Assembly: GCA_039589295.1 (NCBI GenBank)
Contig: JBDHHR010000001.1
Coordinates: 127,558 to 191,557, forward strand
Direction: 5' to 3'
DNA length: 64,000 nt
From: Gemmatimonadota bacterium
GTDB lineage: Bacteria; Gemmatimonadota; Gemmatimonadetes; Palauibacterales; Palauibacteraceae
Position 1 is the first letter of the stretch. Each line of letters starts with the position of its first letter. The notes beneath the pieces were generated by a model. The model was not told the origin of the DNA and searched no databases. It saw nothing but the letters and a program-made list of their open reading frames with translations. A program made the position numbers and the translations under genes. Positions 50,808 through 58,841 of this stretch are shown here, one piece after another.

Positions 50808-51695
50808 TTACCGCTCCTCCGCGAGCGGATCGCTCACTTCGTCCACCAAGCGGCAACCGCTCTGCCCGTCCGACTGCGCCGCCGCGCGTCCCCAGGCTAC
50901 CCGCGGATCGTGCTCGAAGGCCAGGATCCAGCCCTCTTCTCCGGCTCGCCCGAGGATTCTGCGTTTGCTTTCCAGAGTGACCAGCGGCTCGACGTCGTAG
51001 CCCATAATCCATGGAAGCCGCAGGTGAGCCAGCGTCGGAACCAGGTCGGCCAGATACAGCAGGCGGACGTCGCCCAGTTCCACCACAACCGACTGGTGGT
51101 GAGGCGTGTGGCCCGGTGTATGCACGACCCGAACTCCGGGTGCCACCTCTCCGTCCGCGTCGGCGAAGTCGACGCGGCCGGCCTCCACCAGCGGCACGAC
51201 GTTGTCCCGAATGTAGCTGGCCCGGACCCGCTCGTTGTCCTGTTGCGCAAACTCCCACTCTCCGCGACGGATCACGTACCGGGCACCCGGGAAAGCGGCC
51301 TTAATCGATCCGTTATCGTCTCGAACCGTGTTCCCGCCTGCGTGATCGAAGTGAAGATGGGTGTTTATCACGATGTCGATCTGGTCCGGTTCAACCCCGA
51401 GGCCGCGCAGGGAGTCCTCCAGCCTCGTCGGATGTCCGTCGTTCTCGACCCCGTAAATCTCCCTGAACCTGGAATCCTCTTTGTTGCCCAGGCCCGTATC
51501 CACCAGGATCCTGAGTCCATCAGTCTCCACGAGCAGGCACCGCATGGCGAGAGGGATCCGGTTGCGATCGTCGGCCGGAGCAACGCGGACCCACAGAGGC
51601 TTCGGGACGACCCCGAACATGGCCCCTCCGTCAAGCCGGAGTCCGCCGGCGTGAACCGTGCTGACTCGAACGCCGCCGCCCTCCAGAACCGGCAT
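50808..51695 (-). CDS. MBL-fold metallo-hydrolase
   Basis: INTHLHFDHAGGN (HxHxDH), plus later TPGHTPHH. Confidence 0.8.
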   Translation of the reverse strand: MPVLEGGGVRVSTVHAGGLRLDGGAMFGVVPKPLWVRVAPADDRNRIPLAMRCLLVETDGLRILVDTGLGNKEDSRFREIYGVENDGHPTRLEDSLRGLGVEPDQIDIVINTHLHFDHAGGNTVRDDNGSIKAAFPGARYVIRRGEWEFAQQDNERVRASYIRDNVVPLVEAGRVDFADADGEVAPGVRVVHTPGHTPHHQSVVVELGDVRLLYLADLVPTLAHLRLPWIMGYDVEPLVTLESKRRILGRAGEEGWILAFEHDPRVAWGRAAAQSDGQSGCRLVDEVSDPLAEER

Positions 51696-51696
51696 C

Positions 51697-52557
51697 TCAA
51701 GCCTCCGCCGTGTGCCCGTCAGGCGGTGCCGCGGGTGTGGGGGCGAGGCTTCCGGTCAGCCATTGCTGAAGGTTCCTCCACGTATTCACACCCTGGCGGT
51801 CCGCCGCTGCCAGCAGGCGCAGGAGGATGCTCGCCGTCGCCCTCGCGTCTCCACCCGCCCGGTGCCGACCCACGATCTCGACGTCGTAGAAGCGGGCCAG
51901 CGAGTCCAGTCCCCGCCGGCGCAGGCCCGGCAGGGCCCGCCGCGCCAGCTTCACCGTGCAAAGCCGGGGACCTGAAGGCAGCAGCGATCGCGAACGCCTC
52001 ATTTCCTCAGCCACGAATCTCCAGTCGAAGCCCACGTTGTGGGCGACGAAGACTCTCCCGCGCAGGTTCTCCTGCACGACTCCGGCGACATCCTCGAAGC
52101 GCGGCGCGCCAGCCACCATCCCGGAATCGATGCCGGTCAGCCGGCTCACCCAGCGGGGAATGGCAAGGCCCGGATTGACCAGAGACTCGAACTCCCCGCT
52201 GACGCGCCCGCCGCTCACCTGCACGACCGCGATCTCCACTATCCGTGCGCCGCGCGTAACCGAGCTGCCGGTGGTTTCCACGTCCACGACCGCATAGTCC
52301 AGCTCGTCGAGTTGCGTATCCACGCCCAGCGACGGAACGGCCGTCAGCCGCCACACGCCCTGGCGGTCTACTTCCACCCGGCGATCCGTCCCCAGCAATT
52401 CATACACCAGTCGCGAAGCCAGTCCCGGAGGAGCCTGTTTCAGGCCGAAGACGGTTCGCGCCAGCACCTCTGTCGGCATCGGCGTTCCGCGGATCGCACT
52501 CAGGGCTCGCTGTACCAGGCTGGAGTCCGCCGCGAAATCCAACCCCGGTCCGGTCAC
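51697..52557 (-). CDS. DnaQ-like 3'-5' exonuclease domain protein (DEDDh) with N-terminal extension
   Basis: Exo I motif YAVVDVETTG, then HNVGFDWRF, then the Exo III region H...GGDARAT. It has a roughly 90 aa N-terminal region of unknown function. It overlaps the rex stop (ATGA). Confidence 0.75.
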   Translation of the reverse strand: MTGPGLDFAADSSLVQRALSAIRGTPMPTEVLARTVFGLKQAPPGLASRLVYELLGTDRRVEVDRQGVWRLTAVPSLGVDTQLDELDYAVVDVETTGSSVTRGARIVEIAVVQVSGGRVSGEFESLVNPGLAIPRWVSRLTGIDSGMVAGAPRFEDVAGVVQENLRGRVFVAHNVGFDWRFVAEEMRRSRSLLPSGPRLCTVKLARRALPGLRRRGLDSLARFYDVEIVGRHRAGGDARATASILLRLLAAADRQGVNTWRNLQQWLTGSLAPTPAAPPDGHTAEA

Positions 52558-53207
52558 GCCTTCTCCCCCGAGCCGTTCCCACCACTGGAGGAGAGCAGGA
52601 AGCTGAGACCTTCCAGCTCGAGAGACACGTCCATCGATCGCACAACGACATGCGGGGCCACTTCCAGCTTCACCGGAGCGAAGTTGAGGATCGCCGGGAC
52701 GCCAGCCGCGGCTGCCCTGGAGGCCACGCTCTGAGCTGAGTCAGGCGGCGTGGCGATGATGGCGATGTCGACCCGCGCTGACGCCAGGTCCGCCTCCAGC
52801 GACGCAAGCGAGCGGACTCGGACGCCCCCGAGCTTCTCGTCCACCTTGACGGGATCCGAGTCGAAGGCGGCGACGATATCGAATCCCCGCTGCGTCAGAT
52901 CGCCATAGCCCAACAAAGCCGAGCCGATCTTCCCCACCCCGATGACGGCGACGTGCCATCGGCGGCCGAGCCCGAGAATCTCCCGCAGTGAGCGCCTGAG
53001 CTCCGACGCCACGTATCCCTGTCCTCGCTTGCCGAACGACCCGAAGTGGCTCAGATCCTTCCGGACCTGGGCGGCCGTCGTGCCCGTTCCTTCCGCGAGC
53101 TCGCGGCTGGAGACAATGTCCTTCCCCACCCGCTCGAGATCCCGCAGGAACCGCAGGTAGCGGGAGAGCCGCCGGACCGCCGAGTCGGAGATTCTTTTTC
53201 TCGTCAT
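52554..53207 (-). CDS. rex: Redox-sensing transcriptional repressor Rex
   Basis: ISDSAVRRLSRYLRFLRDL winged-helix N-terminus (cf. B. subtilis Rex IPQATAKRLPLYYRFLKNL) and a Rossmann domain (HVAVIGVGKIGSALLGY). The long N-terminal extension of the track ORF was trimmed. Confidence 0.85.
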   Translation of the reverse strand: MTRKRISDSAVRRLSRYLRFLRDLERVGKDIVSSRELAEGTGTTAAQVRKDLSHFGSFGKRGQGYVASELRRSLREILGLGRRWHVAVIGVGKIGSALLGYGDLTQRGFDIVAAFDSDPVKVDEKLGGVRVRSLASLEADLASARVDIAIIATPPDSAQSVASRAAAAGVPAILNFAPVKLEVAPHVVVRSMDVSLELEGLSFLLSSSGGNGSGEKA

Positions 53208-53215
53208 GCACCGGC

Positions 53216-53233
53216 TTGTGAAAGTGTTCACAA
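53216..53233. promoter_or_regulatory. Rex operator (ROP box)
   Basis: TTGTGAAAGTGTTCACAA is a perfect match to the Rex consensus TTGTGAA-N4-TTCACAA. It lies 9 nt upstream of the rex start codon. Confidence 0.7.
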
Positions 53234-53275
53234 AAAGATAGCCGGGGGCAAACCCGATCTCAACACGGGATTCCG

Positions 53276-54127
53276 TCAGTTCTCCGGGGAAGATGGCGGT
53301 GCCTTCAGAACACCTCCCGGGTCCGCCATCTCCCGTTCCAGACGGTCGGCGAGAGCCACAAAATCCGCCGGTGTGAGCTGCTCCGGCCGGAGGCTGGCGG
53401 CGAGGTTGACGTCGGCCAGCACAGCCTCGGCAAGATCTTGAGTCAGCCCGTACGCGGGCGAGGTCCGCAGGATGCTCTGCATCTGCTTGCGGCGCATGGA
53501 GAACGCGGCGCGGGTCAGCCGGCGGAGGGAACCTATCTCCTCTCGGGACAGACACGGGGAACCTGGTTCGATAACGACGGCGGCGGAATCCACCCCCGGC
53601 ACCGGCCGGAACGCATGGCGACCGACACGGAAAGCGACTCGCGCCGAAGCACGCGCCTGTATACCCACCGTGAGTGCGCCAAAGGTCCGGGAGCCGGGCG
53701 AGGCGGTTATCCGATCCGCCACCTCCCGCTGCACCAGCACGACCATCCGCCGGGGAACCGGCAGAACCTCGAGGAAGCGGAACAGCAGCGGGGATGTAAT
53801 GGCGTAAGGCATGTTCGAGATGATTCGCAGGGGCTGCCGGCCCGCTACCAGAGATGTCAGATCGCACTCGAGCGCGTCGGCATGGACGAGCTCGACGTCA
53901 TCCCGCGCGCCCAGACCGGCGGCCAGTTCCGAGCACAGCCGGTCGTCCTTCTCCACTAGGATCAGGGTCCCGGCGCGTTCGGCCAGGATCTCGCTGATCT
54001 CCCCGTGCCCCGGCCCAACCTCCAGCACAACGTCGGCCGGCCCCGGCCCCAGCGCGTCTACCAGCTTGCGCCGAATGTTGGGGTCCGAAAGGAAGTTCTG
54101 GCTGAGTGACTTCTTTGCCCGTACCAC
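53276..54127 (-). CDS. rsmA: 16S rRNA (adenine1518/1519-N6)-dimethyltransferase
   Basis: KSLSQNFLSDPNIRRKLVDAL...VLEVGPGHGEISEIL is KsgA. Confidence 0.9.
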   Translation of the reverse strand: MVRAKKSLSQNFLSDPNIRRKLVDALGPGPADVVLEVGPGHGEISEILAERAGTLILVEKDDRLCSELAAGLGARDDVELVHADALECDLTSLVAGRQPLRIISNMPYAITSPLLFRFLEVLPVPRRMVVLVQREVADRITASPGSRTFGALTVGIQARASARVAFRVGRHAFRPVPGVDSAAVVIEPGSPCLSREEIGSLRRLTRAAFSMRRKQMQSILRTSPAYGLTQDLAEAVLADVNLAASLRPEQLTPADFVALADRLEREMADPGGVLKAPPSSPEN

Positions 54128-54131
54128 TCGG

Positions 54132-55649
54132 TCACTTCACCACGAGCGCCGTGCGATCGTCCGCCGATACTCCGCCGGGCGCACACGCCAGTTCGAAGAG
54201 CCCGTCCAGTATCGCCTGTGCCCCGGAGTCCGATCCCTCGAGCGCTACGGCGGTCAGCTGATCGTCGGACCAGAGCTGGTCCGTGCGCAGGCACTCGCTG
54301 ACGCCGTCCGTGAACATAAGGAGAGTATGGTCTCCTGGTCGCCACTCCACCTCGCGCTGCGCGTAGGAGTCGAACTCGGCGATCCCGAGCGGTGGGTTGA
54401 GCGCCTCGAGGCGTACCGCCTCCTCGGGACCGATGCGATACGCGTGGGGGTGGCCCGCGTTCGCATATCGCAGGACCTGTGTATCAGCGTCGATCACTGC
54501 GTAACACAACGTCATGTACATCTCCGTCGACTCGAGCTTCCGAACCAGCTCGTGGTGGATCCCCTTCAGAACCTCCGCCGGCTGTTCCTCCTCACTCACT
54601 ACCAGGGACGCGGCGCTCATCGTGAGCGCCATGATCAGGCCGGCCGAGTAGCCATGCGAGCTGACATCTCCCAGCATCACGCCCAGGCGGTCTCCCGGAA
54701 GCCTGAAGAAGTGGTAAAAATCACCGCCGACGGACTCTGCCGGCTCGCACCGCGCTGCCACGTCAGCGAGCGACTTGAAGTCGCCGAGTTCCGGCAGGAG
54801 CTTGAGTTGCAGGTGATGGGCCAGTTCCAGCTCGACCAACATCCGCTCCTGCTCCAGGCTCTCGCGTACCAGCCGGCCGTTCTCCATCGCCGCCGCGAGA
54901 TGACTGGCGATAGCTGCGGCCAGATTCACGTCCGCCTGTGAGAAACTTTCCCGACCCGCACCCCCGCGAAGGCTCAGTACGCCCACGGCATGCGACCGGC
55001 CGTGCAGCACCGAATGTCGCACCGGAACGGCGAGAAAAGGCCTCGCTTCTTCCTCGCCGTCCGCGCCAGGCGCCGCATCCCTGACGAACTTGGTGTGGGT
55101 CGAGTACACGTCCGCGATCGGAGATCGGCCGTCTCCCAATGGAACGCGGTCGGGGTGCACCGGCTCGGTGCCTCCCGAGGCGTAGACGGTAAGCTCACGT
55201 TCTCCTTCGTCGGGAACCCACAAGGCGGCGAGGTCGGCCTCCATCACCTCCATCACGTGGTCCAGGAGCTGACCCGCGGCTCTCTCCAGGTGAATGATGG
55301 AACCGAGCGTCTCACTGATGGACGTGAGGAGAGCGATCTCTTCGTACCGTTCAGCGAGCTCCTGGCTGAAGAAGTGCGCCTCCCGCTCCGAGGCGACCAG
55401 CCGGCAAAGCGACTCGCGCAGGAGATCGCGGCTCACCTTCCATTCGGCGCCGGTCGACGGACCTACTGCGACCCGGACGGCGACAGCGGGTGATACCGTC
55501 CACGTCTCCTCGATGAACTCGCTCCCGGCCGTGTTGCCCAGTGAGTCATGAAGGATGACCGGCCCCCCCTCGCCCTCCAAGACCGCCCGGAAGGGCAAGC
55601 CTGAAAGCTTGCGAAACGCAGCCAGGTACTCGCTGACCCGAGTCGTCAT
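54132..55649 (-). CDS. GAF-domain PP2C-type serine phosphatase (RsbU/SpoIIE-like)
   Basis: N-terminal GAF-like region and a C-terminal PP2C/SpoIIE domain (GDFYHFF, MLGDVSSHG, TDGVSE). The start was trimmed to MTTRVSEYL. Confidence 0.8.
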   Translation of the reverse strand: MTTRVSEYLAAFRKLSGLPFRAVLEGEGGPVILHDSLGNTAGSEFIEETWTVSPAVAVRVAVGPSTGAEWKVSRDLLRESLCRLVASEREAHFFSQELAERYEEIALLTSISETLGSIIHLERAAGQLLDHVMEVMEADLAALWVPDEGERELTVYASGGTEPVHPDRVPLGDGRSPIADVYSTHTKFVRDAAPGADGEEEARPFLAVPVRHSVLHGRSHAVGVLSLRGGAGRESFSQADVNLAAAIASHLAAAMENGRLVRESLEQERMLVELELAHHLQLKLLPELGDFKSLADVAARCEPAESVGGDFYHFFRLPGDRLGVMLGDVSSHGYSAGLIMALTMSAASLVVSEEEQPAEVLKGIHHELVRKLESTEMYMTLCYAVIDADTQVLRYANAGHPHAYRIGPEEAVRLEALNPPLGIAEFDSYAQREVEWRPGDHTLLMFTDGVSECLRTDQLWSDDQLTAVALEGSDSGAQAILDGLFELACAPGGVSADDRTALVVK

Positions 55650-56446
55650 GCTTCCAGGGTCAGCGTGACGGAGTTGCCCTTCTCGTTGAAGCGGATATCG
55701 TCCGTCAGGCTGCGCAGAAGGAACAAACCTCTGCCGTGGCTGCGCCATCGATTCTCCGGACGCGTAGGGTCGCCCACGACGGACGGGTCGAAGCCCGCAC
55801 CTTCGTCGGTGATGGTGACCACGGCTGTGCCCGGACGCAGTTCGGCATTCACCCGCACGAGCTTCGCGGGATCCTCCCTGTTTCCGTAGAGGATGGCGTT
55901 GGCCAGCGCTTCACCGATGGCGACACGCAAGTTGAGCGTCGCCCGGGAACCCGTGAAAGCCATCCGCTGGCAGGCCTCGACGACCTCCGCCACGACGTCA
56001 CGGACGTAGCTGACGCTCGATGGGAACTCGAGCTCCAGGCTGGCACTCAGCCCGGACGAGCGCAGGGCGCGGGTCCCTCCCTGCCCGGCCAGGTGGCGGC
56101 GCCAGCGAAGGCCCAGCTCCGCCGGGTTGATTGGATAGAACAGGTAGTCCCCGCAGCCGGCGGCAAGAGCCGCCAGAAGCCTGTCGACCGACTCGTTGTC
56201 CACGACTGCGATCAGCTCCAAGTCCGTACCAAAGGCGAGCCTGGCCTCGCGCGCCGAGTGATCGGCGTCGGCCAGGTCGAGCAGGGCCAGACCCGGCGCG
56301 ACTTGCGGCCAGTCCGCGCGTGTGGCCGCTATGGTCGTCTCCGCTCCCAGTTGTCTGAGCTCGCGCGCGAGATCGTCTGCGACCTCCCGCCGACCGGAGC
56401 AGATCAGGACCGTCGAGCCCGGCCTCCCCATGCCGTCGGAGCTCAC
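55646..56446 (-). CDS. Receiver-like (degenerate) domain fused to an RsbW/SpoIIAB-type anti-sigma-factor serine kinase (HATPase_c)
   Basis: The N-terminal roughly 120 aa have a CheY-like topology with the Asp57-equivalent present (LLDLADAD), but they lack the DD acidic pair (VLICSGRRE) and the conserved Lys (DYLFYPINP). The C-terminal half has N-box EALANAILYGN and G-boxes TDEGAGFDP and GRGLFLLRSL. Confidence 0.7.
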   Translation of the reverse strand: MSSDGMGRPGSTVLICSGRREVADDLARELRQLGAETTIAATRADWPQVAPGLALLDLADADHSAREARLAFGTDLELIAVVDNESVDRLLAALAAGCGDYLFYPINPAELGLRWRRHLAGQGGTRALRSSGLSASLELEFPSSVSYVRDVVAEVVEACQRMAFTGSRATLNLRVAIGEALANAILYGNREDPAKLVRVNAELRPGTAVVTITDEGAGFDPSVVGDPTRPENRWRSHGRGLFLLRSLTDDIRFNEKGNSVTLTLEA

Positions 56447-56456
56447 TTCCTCCCCA

Positions 56457-56795
56457 TCAGAAGCCCGAGAGAGCCATCGCCCGCGTATCGGCGATCTGAA
56501 AAAGCGTATCCAGCTTGGTGAGCTCGAACAGCGTCCTGAGGTCTTCGTTGAGCCCCGCCAGCCGCAGGCCGCCTCCTGCTTCCCGGATCTTCTTGGACAG
56601 GCTCACCAGCACCCCCAGGCCCGATGAATCGATATAGCTGGACGCGGAGAAGTCGATGAGGAATTTCCGTTCGCCCGCGTCGAGCCGATCAAGCACGACC
56701 TGCTTGAGCTCCTGGCGGTTTCCGACGATGAGCTCGCCATCCACCGAGACGATCGTGATGCCGCTGGTTTCCGAGATCGAGAAACTCATCCTCAC
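56457..56795 (-). CDS. STAS-domain anti-sigma-factor antagonist (RsbV/SpoIIAA-like)
   Basis: 112 aa STAS with the phosphorylatable-Ser context DFSASSYIDSSGLGVLV. Confidence 0.85.
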   Translation of the reverse strand: MRMSFSISETSGITIVSVDGELIVGNRQELKQVVLDRLDAGERKFLIDFSASSYIDSSGLGVLVSLSKKIREAGGGLRLAGLNEDLRTLFELTKLDTLFQIADTRAMALSGF

Positions 56796-56819
56796 TCCTG
56801 CGTGATTGGGACGTGCTCT

Positions 56820-57785
56820 TTACGCGCCCGTCTCAGCGTGCGCCATCAAAGCGGTAATGTAGGACACGTGCACGATGTCATCGATAGAGGCACCGCGCGA
56901 CAGATCGTTCAGTGGGCGTGCGAGCCCCTGCAGAATGGGCCCCAACGCGTGTGCGCCTCCAAGCCAGCGAACCAGCTTGTAGCCGATGTTGGCAGCGTTG
57001 AGGTCCGGAAACACGAGAATGTTCGCCTGGCCGCCCAACGTCGAGCCGGGAGCCTTTCTTTCCGCCACTTCGGGGCTCAAGGCGGCGTCCGCCTGAAGCT
57101 CTCCGTCGCAGATCACGTCCGGGCAACGGCCGCGGAAGATCCGCATCGCCTCCCGCAGCCTCGTGACCGACTCACCGACGGCGGAGCCGTAGGTCGAGTA
57201 AGAGAGGAACGCCAGGCGCGGCGCGTCGCCCACGATCACACGCCTGGCCCGGCAGGCCGCCTGTGCAATATCCGCCAGCTGAGTCTCCGTCGGGTGAGGC
57301 ACGACCGCAGCATCGGCGAAGGTGAGTACGCGTTCCGGCTCGCGCCCGCGTGCCGGGATAATCATGTAGAAGGACCCCGATACGGTTCGCATGCCCGGTT
57401 CCGTGCCGAGGACCTTCAGTCCGGCCCGAACCACATCTGCGGTCGAGCTCTGCGCTCCGGCCACAACCCCGTCCAGCACTCCAGCCTTCATCAGCGCCAC
57501 GGCTATGTACAGCGGCTCCCGGGCGCTCTCCCCGAGAGAAGCCGGCAGGTGCATCCTTGCTGCCTTTCCCACTCCGCGGTCTGCGGGTTCGAGCAACTCG
57601 AGGTCCGGCAGATCATGCAGCAGGTCGGCCACCTCGTCGAGCTCCTCAACCAGGACAGGACGGATTCCGCCGTTCCGGTAGAGCCGACGGATTGCTTCGC
57701 GGGTCCTCACCTCCCGGGCCTCGGGGAATCCCAGCCGTACCGCTCTCCGGGCTGCTCGGCTCTCCAGGTCGGAGAGGAAGCTCAT
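56820..57785 (-). CDS. pta: Phosphate acetyl/butyryl-transferase (PTA_PTB family)
   Basis: Conserved PTA_PTB core (FLSYSTYGS, ILVFPDLNAANIGYKLV, SRGASIDDIV). The start was trimmed to the Met overlapping the coaD stop (ATGA). Confidence 0.8.
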   Translation of the reverse strand: MSFLSDLESRAARRAVRLGFPEAREVRTREAIRRLYRNGGIRPVLVEELDEVADLLHDLPDLELLEPADRGVGKAARMHLPASLGESAREPLYIAVALMKAGVLDGVVAGAQSSTADVVRAGLKVLGTEPGMRTVSGSFYMIIPARGREPERVLTFADAAVVPHPTETQLADIAQAACRARRVIVGDAPRLAFLSYSTYGSAVGESVTRLREAMRIFRGRCPDVICDGELQADAALSPEVAERKAPGSTLGGQANILVFPDLNAANIGYKLVRWLGGAHALGPILQGLARPLNDLSRGASIDDIVHVSYITALMAHAETGA

Positions 57786-58285
57786 CCCGTTCCGGACGCC
57801 TGCCCGTAACGTCGCTGCAGTCGGACGAGCACCGGCGCCGGCACGAAGCGGGACACGTCGCCTCCCAGACTGGCCACCTCCCGCACGAGGGACGAGCTGA
57901 GAAACGTGTAGCTGCTCGCCGGGGCCATGAAGATTACCTCGATCTCCGGCCACAGCGAACGGTTCATCAGGGCCATCTGGAACTCGTACTCGAAATCGCT
58001 GACGGCTCGCAGGCCTCTTATGATCAGGCGGGCTGCACGCTCGCGGGCGAAGTCCACCAGCAGCCCCGAGAACGAAGCGACCTCCACCCGCGGCTCGTCC
58101 TCGTACACCTCCTGCATGACCTCGACGCGTTCTTCGACCGAGAACGCCGCAGCCTTCTCCTGCGTGGCGGTTCCCGCCACGGCCACGATGAGTCGATCAG
58201 CGAGCTTGAGGCTCCGACGCACGATGTCGTCGTGGCCCAGAGTCAGCGGATCGAACGAACCGGGGTAGATGGCGATTCGCAGGTT
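57782..58285 (-). CDS. coaD: Phosphopantetheine adenylyltransferase
   Basis: IAIYPGSFDPLTLGHDDIV (H/T-x-G-H). The start was trimmed and is probably non-ATG. Confidence 0.85.
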   Translation of the reverse strand, partial: NLRIAIYPGSFDPLTLGHDDIVRRSLKLADRLIVAVAGTATQEKAAAFSVEERVEVMQEVYEDEPRVEVASFSGLLVDFARERAARLIIRGLRAVSDFEYEFQMALMNRSLWPEIEVIFMAPASSYTFLSSSLVREVASLGGDVSRFVPAPVLVRLQRRYGQASGTG

Positions 58286-58841
58286 AGTCTCCAACTGATG
58301 CTCCTCCCGCGCCTGCCCGAAAGAAGGACAGGATGGTGTCACCGTACCGGCGGCGCCAGGCGGGCGCTACCTCTGTCGGGTCGGCGGGACCATGCTCCAC
58401 GCACAGGAGGCCCGCGAAGGGTGACTTCACGAAGCGTCTCACCAACCGGTCCGCACCTTCGGACTCGTACGGTGGATCCGCCAGCACGATGTCGAATTCG
58501 TGATCGACCGTGGACAACCGACTGACGAAACTCAGGGCCTCTCCCCGGGTCACCTGTGTCCGCTGCTCCACGTCCAACGCGTGCAGGTTCCTGCGTAGGA
58601 CCGCGCACGCTCGGCGGTCCGCTTCCACGAAATGAACCTTGGAAGCGCCGCGCGACAACGCCTCCAGGCCTAGAGCGCCGCTGCCGGCGTACAGATCGAG
58701 CACCCGGGCTCCGGGCAACGCCCCTCCGAGAGCGCTGAACCACGCCTCCCGCACCACCTCCCGCGTGGGTCGTGTCTCGCGCCCCGGCGGCGCCTCGATG
58801 CGGCGCCCGCCGAACTCGCCGGCAACGATCCGCAGGCTCAC
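58284..58841 (-). CDS. rsmD: 16S rRNA (guanine966-N2)-methyltransferase
   Basis: RIVAGEFGGRRIEAPPGRETRPTREVVREAWFSAL...VLDLYAGSGALGLEALSRGA...DPPY. The start was trimmed to a GTG after the recJ stop. Classic rsmD-coaD pair. Confidence 0.8.
   Translation of the reverse strand: MSLRIVAGEFGGRRIEAPPGRETRPTREVVREAWFSALGGALPGARVLDLYAGSGALGLEALSRGASKVHFVEADRRACAVLRRNLHALDVEQRTQVTRGEALSFVSRLSTVDHEFDIVLADPPYESEGADRLVRRFVKSPFAGLLCVEHGPADPTEVAPAWRRRYGDTILSFFRAGAGGASVGD

Noticed and set aside
53234-53276. Possible second regulatory hairpin between the Rex box and the ksgA stop
   Set aside because: Only weak self-complementarity (cccgatctcaacacgggattc), and no recognisable motif.
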